A stretch of 64,000 nt of DNA from Enoplolaimus lenunculus (lineage: Eukaryota), in NCBI GenBank assembly GCA_030248215.1, contig JASANG010001128.1:310001-374000 (forward strand), given 5' to 3'. Below are positions 11,972 to 24,945 of the stretch, one piece after another. How positions within the stretch are numbered: the first letter of the stretch is position 1; each line of letters begins with the position of its first letter. The notes below the pieces were generated by a model, which saw only the letters and a program-made list of their open reading frames with translations, searched no databases and was not told where the DNA came from. The translations under genes were made by a program, and so were the position numbers.

Positions 11972-14900
11972 GCGACCAAGTAATCAGAGATAACGGGTTG
12001 CTAGCCCGCGACACACAACAAAGACACATTTATTCGTTAAATACGGTTGGTGTTCCAAACAGCGAAAGGGTTAAAGAGAACTGTTACGCCAGTAATAAGA
12101 AAAACGGAGCATGCGGAAAAAAACAAGATTGTGTTTATGTCGACTTAGATGAAACTGCGACGAACGAAAATACGGATCATCGTAGCAATGAAGATGAAAC
12201 CTACAACGCTGTCACTTATTCCGATGTGCGGCGACTTCCACATGAACAGGGCAAGGGTAGACAGTTGCAAACAGAAAAGGAATTAAACAGCGAAGAAATA
12301 TATGATGAACATAGAAACAATTTAATTTTTGAAAACAGTAATTGTTTGACGAAACCGCTTACAGTGACCGCATACGGAAGTTCTAGTGCATTTAAACCGT
12401 TCAAACGTACGAATAACTACAACGCTGAAACTGATCACTCTGAAATTAATGGTGATTATCGTCCGAACTGTGACACACTGAGCAGCAGCGCTTATTGTGC
12501 TTCAAGATTTTCTGCGGCGAATGATTCGACTAATGTTGCGCCTGTCTATGTTGATAGCCATTCAGCCAGCGGTATGCATTTCAAAGAGGATAACACTATA
12601 GCATCTAGTATGTCGCAATCCGGATATTCAACTGATTGTGCAATTCCGTATACCGAACGACATTTGAATCGGAATCAACGCCTGATTGATGAGAAATATG
12701 AGCCATTTACATCGGAAAAAAATGACACTCAGCGAAGCATTGTGCCAATTAGGATTGCATCGAGGGACAACGTGCAAGTCTTGAACAACAATTCTTCTCA
12801 GCGTGCATTAAGCGTTAATGCTTCTGTTGGCAACGAGCCGGCAGGCAAATCAAATTGCACCGCAAGTGAAGCATCCGGTTGTTACAGAACTGTGTCAAAC
12901 AGCTCACTGAACATTCAGGCCGCTCATATCGCAGCAAGCGACCATAAATCAGCAACCACTCTGAAGACTGTTGTTGCAAGCAGTTGTGGTGAGCAAAATC
13001 ATTCACCGGAGATGTTACAAAGGCTTACTTCGGCTAACGCTGCTAACATGGAAACGCCTACTAGTGTTGCAGCTTTATGCACGAACAATTTCGTAACTCA
13101 TCCGCCATACAGTCAGTCCGAATATAGTGCGCCAAGGACCCATCACAATGTTTTAACTACCAGCACGCCATATAGCGTTGATTGTGTAACGTTAGCATCG
13201 TCAAATGATCGCAATGAGTTGGCAGCCAGCCAAGCTAAAATTGGTGTTTCAAACATTGTTACACCTCCTTACATCGATCGCACAGTCGCTGTTTCAAGTG
13301 GTGCAAATAATTCAACTGATAATCAGCCAATCGATCTTGCTTATAAGAATCGACAACACGTCGCTGATCTTGACTGCGCGGAAACCACCAGCAGTGGTGA
13401 CAGGCTTCCACCAAAGTACTATCCGGGATTTCAATCGGCTAATACTACAGCTCAACCTTTTGGAGCATGGAACGCAATTTTAGCTAATGATCATACTGCT
13501 AATGCCGGAGCGTCCAGAGTTATTTCTGCTGCATCCATCGGCACAAACGGTGACTGCAGTGCAAATGTCGTAAATACGTTCACCTCATACGACCACGTGC
13601 CAAAAACTGCATCTATGTCGGTTGCAACAAGCTCACATTTGTTGTCGACTTTAGATACAAATGAACCGCACAGGAACGATCGTTCAAACGTTACATCTCC
13701 ACATTCTATTTCATCGCCGCTTGCTGGAGACTGCAATTTGGAAAAAACGCAGAGTCTTGAAAGATCAGGTGTGTATTGAATTTTGTGACGCTATGAAGGT
13801 TGTAGCATTAAATAGCAGCATATATTTCCGCGACTTCTGAGCTAAAGAGTAAAAGCATATATTTCACCCAGACACGGTATTGGTCAGTGACAGTAGGACA
13901 GTAAGCCTGATATTGGGTCAAATGGACCAGATGATAAGGATGGCAGTTAATCTTAAGTATAACCCCAGACCCAATCTTAGCCTTGACCCCCAGTTTTTCC
14001 TAAGCCTAATGCGGGGTTCACGTTATAACTGGGGCAGCCCGGAACACGTTTTCGTCAACATAAAATGTTGTGATCTAAGTATATAGCGGTTATCTAGACA
14101 ACATGCGAACATGAATGACATTGGCTTACATAGCCCTGGTCTTCAGCATTCATCGCATACAAACAGGCATATGTCACATAATACCACGGGACATTTATGC
14201 GAATTACCTGTTCCAGGTTGACCCAGTTATAACGTGAACCCCGCATAAATGTATTGGCAAAACCAAATCTATGTGCAAGTGTGAGTCCAAATTTGTGTCT
14301 AAGGTTACGTATTCTTATACGTTTCGCTTATGAGTATGTGGAATTTACCTTATCGCACGAGTTTTAGACACTGCGATAGAAGCATCTACAGAAGAAGTCG
14401 ATGAAAAATCAGCAAAAGAAACTCAAAGCAGTCAAAGTAGCGAACTTGGTAGGTATAGTGCTACATGCATATGTCTAGTTGAACTGCGACTTTATATTTC
14501 AAGCAATCACCAAATTTGTACTTGTTGGCACAGTAATTAATGTTTCTTCAGTAAGGTGATGAAAACAAAAAGTGTGTTTACAAACTGTTATATCCAAGAA
14601 AAGTTAGGTAAATATAGTTTTAAGAGAAACTGCATTGCGCGTGCGTGTGTAGCCCTTCCACTCTTAACTTTTGGCGAACAGTGGTAAGTACCTATCCAGG
14701 CGATATCGCAGTAATATAAATTTATACCAATTTTAATAAGATTTCAGCTGGCCAAATTCATATTTATGTTCCAGATATGGACGACTCACTAGTTCTACGA
14801 ATACTCGATGTGGTGGAGTTGAAAGTAAGTGATCACACAAATCGTCCCGTTCGAATTAAGGTGAAACCAGTTATTACACCTGAACTGCTGGAAAACTTGT

Positions 14901-15328
14901 TTTTAAAAGATCTACCGGATCTAGAAATTCGTCCAGGTGGTCCTGGTTTAGGTGTGTTCGCGTTTCGAGAGTTTGAAACAGGTGAAGCTGTTGCAGCTTA
15001 TGTTGGCATCCGTATGTCTCAGGATACAGCTGAAGGCTTAGAGGCAGAAAGAAGTCATTTGGATAATCCAAATGACTACTTATATTTTTTTTGGTTCAAC
15101 AGAACCGGGTACTGCACTGACGCATTGAATACAACAACTCGTGTTGGGCGCTTTATTAATCATTCCAAAAAGCATCAAAACCTGAAGCCGTTTGTTTTCT
15201 TGATCAGTAGTGGACCACATGTCTTCTTCAAAGCCAAGCGCCATATTCGTATCGGAGAGCAGTTATTCTATGATTACGGAGATAGGAGAAAAAGCGTTTG
15301 TTCTAATTTTCCTTGGATGAAACGTTAA
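11972..15328 (+). CDS. KMT5A: SET8/PR-Set7 (KMT5A)-like SET-domain lysine methyltransferase with a long low-complexity N-terminus; 5'-incomplete; exons 11972-13768, 14368-14448, 14775-15328 (>=810 aa)
   Basis: All introns are GT-AG and phase 1, and they join in frame (TCA G|AC ACT ... CTT G|AT ATG). The last exon has GLGVFA, AYVG, YCTDA, GRFINHS, GEQLFYDYGDR and FPWMKR, matching SET8-family motifs (GRGVIA, EYHG, YCVDA, GRLINHS, GEELLYDYGDR, HPWLK). It is divergent and more likely a paralog than the canonical ortholog. Confidence 0.85.
14010..14245. mobile_element. PIF/Harbinger-like MITE with TAA TSD, inside an intron of the SET gene
   Basis: TAA-TGCGGGGTTCACGTTATAACTGGG ... CCCAGTTATAACGTGAACCCCGCA-TAA (24-bp TIR). 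Confidence 0.85.
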
Positions 15329-15563
15329 AGGAGTATTGTATGGCAGAAACTGTATGTAAACTTGATCTCGTTTTTTGGGCGCATAGATGCAGCAGCACAA
15401 CCCGTTAGTATTTAGCAAATTGTAGCTACCCATGGTTTGCATACGTGATTAGTTACAAGAACGATTGCCAAACTGATAACAAAATACCATTGTTGATGTA
15501 ACTACAACCGGCATAGTAATTTTTTGGTTAAACTTACCACCATGATAAGGCTATAGGTATTTT

Positions 15564-15948
15564 CAAGGGTTCCAACAGGAACTAACTTTTACCGGAACAG
15601 GAACAGGAATTGAATTGAATTTCTTTGTATGAACCGGAATTTTAAATAATTTTGATCACCAAATTGCTGTTGGACTTTTTAGAAACCTTGTCAAAAATTT
15701 AATATCAAGCTTTACGAACACAAATCAGAACCAGTTTATTAGCAGACCAAAAATTGCAAAAGCAATCATTTTGAAATAACAATTTTTAAACGACAAAGCT
15801 TCTCATATTCAAATGATTAGTAATAATTTGCCACAAAACCGTAAAAAATTCCGGTTTCTGCATTTTTGAATGCATGAACAGGAATCGAAACAGGAATTGA
15901 ATTTTTGCAGGAATTACGGCCGGAACATAAATTCCGTTTGAACCCTTG
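15564..15948. mobile_element. hAT-like MITE (CAAGGGTTC ... GAACCCTTG)
   Basis: Inverted termini, GTATTTT-like flanks on both sides, and subterminal ACAGGAA/ACCGGAA repeats. Confidence 0.6.
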
Positions 15949-16646
15949 TATTTTGCAAATATCTAAAATTCCTCAGTTGGTTCTCGCAGCGTTTTAGACG
16001 ACACTTAATTCGAGGCTTACCCACGAACAATACTTTGAGCTCTTTTTCTTGGTTTAAAATTGCTCCTTTGTTTTTGTGGTTCATGTTTACTTGTTCATTT
16101 ACTGACTGTCTTACGGTCTTTGATTTACGAAATGTTCTTGTTGTAATGTTTTCATCATATGGTTTTTCGATTTCAATACAAATTACCATTTTAGCTACAG
16201 GCACCAGTTTTGTTTAATCATTGCACGCAATCTAAAACAAAGATTCGTGTTAACAGCAAGGTATCGTTGAAAAGTAGATCCTTAGACAGATTTATATATT
16301 ACCATAGGGGATCATAGGCGAAACTTTTGTTGCATGTGTTCAGTTCTTACCCGTATTTGCAAATGAGTGTTGCACCTATAGCCAGTCGGTGATAGGTCTT
16401 GTAACTTTTGAAACAGAGAATGGTGAGGTTTGAAATTCAGCACATTTATTGCATTCGATTTACTTGAATTCTGTTCAAATTTTGAGAACTGCAATTGTAG
16501 CCGTTCGTTGGTTTGAAAACTTATTGCTAACCTGTGAGAGATGCTATATGCATTTGAGAATTTGGGCCCTAGTGATGTGATTAATTTGCGTACTTTCTAT
16601 CTGAATCGTTTTGTTTATCCCGGTTCTATTGCGTTGTATGTCCAAG

Positions 16647-17771
16647 CAGGGCCGGATTAAGATGGTGGGAGGCGCGGGCCCATATGAACAGCAGGTTTGG
16701 AATCCCGTGTGACTAGGAGGCCCGGGGCCCATATGACTAGCAGGCCCGGGGTCCATATGACTAGCAGGCCCTTGTATTAAACAATTATTTTATACACCAG
16801 AGCTTAAAGTGATACATTTTAATGAAACATGCCAAAAGTAAGAAACCAAATTTACGGCCCCGGGACTGTTCCAAATTTGCACTAAGAGAAGTCAGTTACA
16901 ATTCCACCGAAGTTTAGAAATTTTGTGAAGTCCGAAAATGGACGGTGCGGAGCCCGTTTTCTTCCTTTTGAAACTTTTCGACCACCTTATTTTCCGAAAT
17001 TTTTTTCACACACTGTTAAAGTGGCACAGAATCCATGATTCAACCGAACCCGCACCCGAATTCGAATCCATTGCTAATTTGTCGAATCTGAGTCCGAATC
17101 CTACATGCTGCGAATTTCAGATATATCTATAATTTGTTTCAGAATATCAGCGCATTGCTAGCCTCAAAACTTTAAACGTTAGTATCAATTTCGAGTTCAA
17201 CCTCAGTTCTGAGATTTGTGACCTGCTATAAAAAACATTGATTTCTATAACAATTTACGTAAATTTAATTGCTTAAAAATATAAAACATATTGCCAAGCA
17301 CTGTTGGATTCGGCTTTTTGATTGGGATTTGTGTCAGAACCAAAACCGGGTCTGAATCTGAACCGCAAATTTTTTCCGAATCCGAAACCGAACCTTTGCT
17401 ACCACCCTGGTGTGAGTTGTTCAACTACTTCGGTGGTCAGAGGTTTTATCCAGAAGCAGGTATGCGCTAGGATATGAGTCTCCTAGAGAACTTCTCAACA
17501 TTTGAAAAAGTATTCTGTACACCTTTGTATAACCCTGCCGAAGGCTGAAGAACGCAATCAGTACTCCCCCAAAATTTTGTATCGTATAACCGCTGTTGGA
17601 ATAATAATAGTCGGCTGCCCCAAACAGGTCCTTGAGGGCTCCCCTATTGAATGTTTCACAGCTTGTATAACTTCGTGGTCCGCGAAAAAGATTTGTTGGC
17701 TTGTTATATCGTCGGTTTTTCGGTTGGTGGGAGGCCCGGGCCCCCCGGGACTTCCCTTTAATCCGGCGCTG
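16647..17771. mobile_element. Non-autonomous hAT element (1125 bp) between the SET gene and the transposase-like gene
   Basis: TIR CAGGGCCGGATTAA ... TTAATCCGGCGCTG with a perfect 8-bp TSD TGTCCAAG. Confidence 0.9.
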
Positions 17772-18386
17772 TGTCCAAGTTATAACCGTGATTTACGAAT
17801 ATGTATGTTTGACTTTTGCATGCATCTGCCGAACTACACCTGCGCAGATTGGTTTGTGACTTTTCTTTATCGCCTTCAAGTATACATCAAAGATATTTTA
17901 TGTAGCTGTGAGTAAGGCTTGTGTGTATATTCATATGTGTAGCACGTGTTACGATATAAATGCAAGAAACAGTTATATAATATAAATTAGTGAAAACGTC
18001 AGTGCCTGATTGCTCCGAATGTAAACAATGAGAACAAATGAAATATGTAACTTCTTAATAATATAATATGCTTCTGTGACTTGGTGTAAACTTGAAGTGT
18101 AAACTGCCGCAAAAAATGATACTTTGCGCACACGTGTTAGCAATTATAAGATTGTCGTGTGTCTAACTTTAAGTAGCGTTTAGTGTGGGTGAGTAAATCG
18201 CTACGAAAGTGTTATAGCTGCGTCTTGTGTCTTTGGACATGCGCTTAGTATGCTGCTATCAAACCCAGATTTAAACAGCCAAAGCCAATTTTTTACTTGA
18301 AAGATTAAATTCACCTTCAGTTAGAAATGTGCAGCCTAAATGTTGTTGGTATGTAAATATTGTTTATTAACGACTCATTTTTTCAG

Positions 18387-21300
18387 GTGTTTCGCGAAAT
18401 TGCTGCACAATTACTGCACGTTTTGCGAAAACGGTGAGATTTGTGATTAATTTTAGTATTTTTTGTAACGCGTAGTGTGTAAATATATCCGCTTAGCATT
18501 AATATCTAGCGCTGCAGGAGTAACAAGCTTTGCGATGTTCGCTCTCTACCTACTATCTAGCTATAAATCTTTGCACAGTCACTTCATATTTACAGCAGTT
18601 ACTTATATCTTGATTTTACATATGCATTCAGTTATTTATAACAAAAGGGTAATTTATCTCCCGTAAATTGGAATTAGTACAACCAAGATTGTATAATGAC
18701 AAGAGTGCAACACTTGAGGCCCCTATAGTGCAACATACATATTGTGTAACGTAGTGCTGAAACGGGTTGTAAAAATACGCGCTAAAATTCTCATTTCAAA
18801 ACTTATGTTGTTAGTTTAAATTATTGTCCTTTGAATGACACTTTGACGCGATCGAAACCTTAAAACTAAAGAACCATGCAAGTATTAGTCTTCGTTAATA
18901 GATGATCAGCTTATTTTCTGTTGTTTATAAAATCTTTTAAGGATAAACGTTCAGACATTTGACAAAATCATCCAATTGAAGCAAAATCGGGTTGAACATA
19001 GCAAAATTATTATCTCAATGTTACCGTGCGGTTTACTGAATCCGTTAGCGCTATACTGTACCGAATTTCTTTCTTCTGGTCGTCCACTTTATATGGCAGC
19101 CATTAAATTGGGTGTTCTGCTTATCCAACGAAACGCTATTGATTTGAAAACTGCGTGGCGCTCATGTCACATACAATCACAAGAATTTCGCGTAAACCAA
19201 GCTATAAACTTCGCTTTAAAATATCCTGTCGTTATTACACTATGTCCAATGAAAGCAAGACACACGATCTTTCATAAACTAGCGCATCATTCTGTTGAAC
19301 TTGAGCGCGCAAAACAAGTAGCTGAATTGGGTGATTTCTTAAGAATGGAGCGAGAAAAGCAGGCATGTATTGATAAACAATTGATAGTAGATCTGCTTCC
19401 CTTATTGAACATAAGTGAACGACCAATACTAAAGTATGCTGTGATGCGATCTCATCCAAGGTCTTGCCGTGAAAATACTATGATTGGAATTCATAGGACA
19501 AAATCAATAACAAACACTATAAGGTATAGGCTGGAGCAACTTTCTGTTGCACAACAGAAACTTGATTCACTAGTCAGTCAAGAACTGAATGCTGATACTA
19601 GCGCGTTAGAGACTATGAATACAATCGATAGGCAATTAGAGAATTTTCGGAGCCCTGAATCTTTGTTTGAGCTTTATTTTTACATGAAAAAATGTGCTGA
19701 TATGTCTACATCTGTTTTTGCCAGAGTAACAAACACTGAACACGACAGTGAGTTGTTCCGTTTATTAGTTCACCAAGTGCTATGTTTTGCATCAAGTAGA
19801 GGTTTGGAAATCCCAGGAGGGTATGAATACTTGTGTGCATCTATGGGTTTACCTCTTGTTGATCAAGAGTCTGTTGATATGCTAAAATTGAATGAACCAG
19901 TGGATTTGCTTGCGTGCGAGAGCAACAACGCTAAGTTGCGTGATGTAGCGAAAAAGTTAAAAGATTTAACGTACAAATTCTACCTAAGAAAAAAAAGACT
20001 TTTACTGAATAAACTAAGAAATATTAAGGTTATTCGAATTAACAGAGTCCCGGAAGTGATAAAGCGTTATCCTGACATTGGGTCACAAATCGAGAGCTTT
20101 GTCAGAAAAAACAACTGTGGGGCAGGTCCTTGGCGTAGGACTTCAGCGCTGACCATAGGCATAGGAAATGACGGTTTTTATCCTGTTACTCAGAAAGTCA
20201 CTTGCACTTCAATTCAACAGAGTTTAGCCGAAATGGAGAACCCGATCGTAATATCAAGATCACTGGTGAATAATTGTTGCGCACGCGCTGGTAAACGGCA
20301 AGAAAACAAATGCACTGCTTGTTCAAAGAAAAATCGAGAAAAATGTTTTTGTAACAAGCATTATGGCTTAGCTGATGTGATTTGGCAGCGCAGTAGTAAA
20401 GGCTTCAATTTAAAGTTTTCGGCAGACACCTACTGGAGTAATAGTAACTACCAAAACAAAACCTGGTTGGAAGAATCCACATTTAACACTCTTCGTATCG
20501 ATTCAGATGATCTTTCTGGACTCAAAACAGATACAATTGCTACTCATTCCCAGCATAAGTCATTAACAATTCGTGGAGAGCCAGTCCTGCGTCCACGCAC
20601 TGATTATAGGTATGAAAATAAAACTGTTATCCAAATTTCAACGATTTACATACCAAAACGGCCGGGAATTGAACGAAGGGTGCTAGGTATTGTCAAGCAT
20701 AACGTAGGCTTTAAGAAGTCTGCCACACAGCACTACTGCGATCGTGCACCGGTTATGTCTGAATACAAAAACATTAAAGTATGTCTACATCGAAGGGATG
20801 GGGCCGGGGACGAGGCCCCGGACAAAAAACAACCGCAGTTTTGGGCGGCATACGAGCATTATACACAAAAGCATTATTTGACGGTTATCACTGTTAGGTT
20901 TCCGGGGGGTTCGTTTTTAAACACTGTTGAACGAGCAAACGGGGCATTAGTTATGGCGCACAGTAATCTGCACGTGCCTTCTACGTTAATTCATCACAAT
21001 GTCAGCACGAAAACCAACACGGATCTTCAAAAATTGCGCGAAAATATGGATGCCGCATCACAGTTGTACATTGAGCACGTTACGCGGTCTGAACCAACAT
21101 TTATGGGAACTAAAATAGAGTATCGAGCTGGCGCAAGTGATTCTCCGATTCCTGAAGACGTTCTCAGAGCTTTTTTATACGGACCAAGTGCGCAGTCGGA
21201 TCGCTTTAAGAATAGTCATCCTGATAGTTGGGAACTGTTTAAAACTGTCGAACAAATTAGACGCGATCACGAAATGCTTGACAATAACAAATACTTCTAC

Positions 21301-22880
21301 GGCTTAAAAGTGTTATGCGAGAATTCAAAATGTTTGCATCCAGTTTGCCGAATTGCTAAAATTGATACTGATCTGCGCCACAGTGTGTAAGTAGCTTTGT
21401 TGTGCGATATCTAAGCTAATAATGATACAGTGTAGACTTTCAAAGAAAACAATTGTAATCTTTAACTTTAAGGGTATCGCATAATTTTGTTTGAGTTAAC
21501 AAGCTTAAATTAAAAACAAAGAAATATGCCAAAAACGTTTATAGTATGATTTTATCTCAAACTACTTCTGTAAAGTACACTATGATGGAGAAGCATCAAA
21601 AATTTCAATTTGAGTTATAGATTTTCCTTGGGTAGAAGACATACTGCAATAGTATGTCAATATTAAATACGCATGAGCAAAGAAAAGTAAATGATTATTT
21701 CTCAAATTAAATTTGTTAATTGAACACTATAATTACACCATAAAATCTATTGCATGTGTATGTTTAATTATCACTTCCTCGGTTGCAGAAAAAACTTCAA
21801 CTGGTATCACGGTGGGCCTCATTTTTCTTTTGTGCCATGGCCTGTGCCACATCCAGATGCTCCAACACAATGGGGAACGCCAAATTGCGCTACATGCGAC
21901 GGTCTCTGCAGGGGTCACTACCTTGAAGGTACATCCGTGTCAATGCAATCAGGGATACAGTATATTATATTGTTATCTTTGTGCCGACTACTCTAAAAAT
22001 AGAATATTTCTTAAAGGCTGGCGCTAATAGAATTTTTTAACCTGTTTTGGCCAAAAAACTACTCGCAAAACTTTTAATTTCAAAAACAAAACTTAGGCAA
22101 AATATGATGTTTTGCTCAAAGGCAAAGTGCAACCGGAATTATAAAATACCGGAACCGGAAAGTCAAAAAATACCGAAACCGGAAAACAAAAAATACACGT
22201 TACCGAAAATAATGGTGTAAACACGTCATTTAGTTTGCCAAAATACTGAAAGAAATGCAGCAGCTGGAAACGTATGATGAACTATGGAGTATGACACAAA
22301 TTCAAAATTTTGACAATACACGCTCGGATAATTCTAGAAAAATAAGATAGGATGATATGCCAATTGTTCTTTAATTTTCGAATTAGAAAAATTTTCACTT
22401 GCAAAAATAACTGAAAATTCCGGAGAAAAATACATTGCCGGAACCGGAACCAGAACTCCGCCTTGCACCCTGCTCAAAGGTTATTTGCTAATAGATTTCT
22501 AAACGAAAATTTTTATCAAAAAACATCGCTTATCGGAAAAGTTCGTCGTTTTCTTACAAGAAATGGAACTATATCGGTTTTGCACAAAGCAATTTGCAGT
22601 ATACATTTTCGCAATGTTGTTCTTTTAAGCAGCAGAAGCTGTTTCTGCAGCAATCCGAGATCCAACTTGCCAGATGAAAACTTATCCTTCTCTGATTATT
22701 CGACAGCATATTGACAAGTGTCGCAAAGCAAATCCCCAGTTAAACCCAAAAGCAGATATGCGAGATTTGGCGAAAAAGTGTTTGCTTCGCGAAGACGAAG
22801 TTGATTGGCTGCTTCATCATGAGTGGCAAAAGTTTAGAAAATCAAATACTAAAGAAATAAACGATTTCAGCTCAGAGTAA
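18387..22880 (+). CDS. Large spliced DDE transposase-like protein (Zator/TP36-related, RNase H fold); exons 18387-18433, 18942-21386, 21789-21928, 22651-22880 (>=953 aa, start not identified)
   Basis: The 804-aa ORF joins phase-consistent GT-AG exons (CG|G, GT|A, G|CA). Candidate catalytic motifs are RIDSDD, RDGAGDEAP and GSFLNTVER, with 43 residues between the second D and the E. There are Cys/His clusters (CTAC..CFC..H; CATC..C..H) and a C-terminal helical segment. The last acceptor is ambiguous: 22630, 22633, 22636 and 22651 are all in frame. Confidence 0.75.
22123..22472. mobile_element. hAT-like MITE (CAGGGTGCAACCGG family) in the last intron of the transposase-like gene
   Basis: CAAAGTGCAACCGG ... 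CCTTGCACCCTG with a perfect 8-bp TSD CTCAAAGG. Confidence 0.85.
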
Positions 22881-23992
22881 GCTTTTGCTATCGCACCAAT
22901 TGAGAAACCTCGGTTGCTTCGGAATCTTAAGTTTATAACAGCGTTAAGTTTTTGGATTATTTATCGAATGCAGCTTTAGATATGCGAGGTTGGCCGCGCT
23001 CTCTACATGATTTTGAAACTAATTTCAAAGCTCGCTTTTAGGTCCTAATTTTTTATTTTCTTTGTCTGTGCAGCGTTTAAACCGCCAGACCAAACGTGAA
23101 CTGCGTAGTTTAAACCACGAAACTAAAATTTCCCCCGGCCAGCGCTACTGTAATTGTGAAGCTTTGCACAATTTTTATTACTATCTGTATTAGTTTTGAG
23201 CTAGTCTGATTTAGGGATCTGACTTTGATGTTTTTCTTCAAATAGCGCCGCAGGCAAAAATTTCGAAAATTGAACATTTAAAACCGAGCAAGCGAAGCTC
23301 CGAGATGCCAGGCGTATATTTTGAATGCAATGTAAATAAGAATATATGTACTAACTGTGATTGGCTGGCGGTTCTTCTGCCCCCTTCTCGGTACGTCCCT
23401 GCATGTTGACGGCGTACTTGTTTATATCACCGCTTTTCATGGTGACGTCGAATCAACATGGAACAAAACGGATTTCAACATGTTCCAGTTATAATGCGAA
23501 ATAAGTATCATAAATAAAAATCGTCTAATGAAAAATGGTTTAACTTTATTTTGTAGTTCCAATTAGACAGCATGTTTATGTCGAATTAAGACAGTAGTTT
23601 TAGTAAACTTTAAACAGTATATAGTGCCAATTTTTTGTTATTTTTCAAGTGTTGCGCTCACATTATTTTGTTTTCAGTGGCGCAACGGACTCTGACGAAT
23701 ATTAGCGATTTTAAATCGGCACTGGCGTTTTCAGATGCTACGCTTTGTTTCTATCAGCAATATGTTATTTTCTTGATTTCAAACAGAATACATAGATTTT
23801 TGTATGTAACATATATTATGAATAGTTACAAGATTGTCTGATGATGCGAAGAAAAAAATTAAGTTGAACTTTTGGAGATAATCTTTTACCGAAAGCAAAA
23901 ATGTACGGTTCTTTAAAAATAGGTTTCAAAATTTAGTTTTCAGGACATAACGAGTTCTATTGTCATTTGTGCGAAATACCTATATTTATTTA

Positions 23993-24423
23993 CTGTAGTG
24001 AACCGAATAAGACGTGGAACTGATACTTATTTGGCCTCTCCTGAAGGTACCCCCTGTTATTCGGTTACGAACTGTTATTTATTTTCAACCCGACGACATC
24101 CGCTACCCTTCGTTACTGATATATCCGGTATTGCAACTATCCGTTGAATTAAACGTTTTTTGCCTTGCATCTAAAGCTTGAGCGATAATGCGAGGTTATA
24201 CTTAGGAATGTACTTTCAAAACTTATGTATGCTTTAAAGTTTCGAGCTCAACTTTATTTGGTCCTGGACTCGTTTATGCGCTACAAAAGATACTTGACAT
24301 TTGTGGACTCTAATTAAGGTTAGGAACTCTATTATCCGCTTGCGGCTCTTACTAGAGATACGGACTCGTATTGATTGAGGCTCAAAATAAGGACACTGCT
24401 TCCTCTTATTCGGGTCACTACAG
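23993..24423. mobile_element. Tc1/mariner-type MITE with TA TSD
   Basis: TA-CTGTAGTGAACCGAATAAGA ... TCTTATTCGGGTCACTACAG-TA. Related copies at about 25925-26288, 31550-31930, 35590-36022, 48619-48800 and 55456-55905. Confidence 0.8.
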
Positions 24424-24945
24424 TAGTAGTACTTTTCAAACAAACGACTGTTTTATTAGTAGATTTCAAAATTTGTACAGAACTAAGGTAATTCACCTAC
24501 GAAAAGGTGTCAAATTTCAACGCTTTTCGTTCGTTGCTTCCTGTGTTAACGTATGGTTTATCCATTTCAGACACCAACAAATAAAACGTTTCGTTAAGTC
24601 TTTTGATTATTGTTTGTTCTTTGTTTTCTGTAATTTCGTTGCAATTTGTTTCTGGTATTTGGCTGTTCTTGTGCGAGCCTTTCAGATGCTGGTGCAAACT
24701 AAAAAAATCTAGCCTAGCAGTAATCATGCTTTTTCTCCTAGTGATAAGTTTTTAGTAACGTTCAAATATTTAACTGACACGCTGCTGCTTTTAGGGTTAT
24801 GTATTATTTGCTTTGTCGAACGGCACACCAGGTATGTGCGGTCTGTCAAAAAAGCGAGACCGAGACCGAGAGCCGATGTACAGAGACCAACCGTATAAAT
24901 GCGGATGATGAGTTATAAATTTTTACACGATGCCTTAAATGTTTT

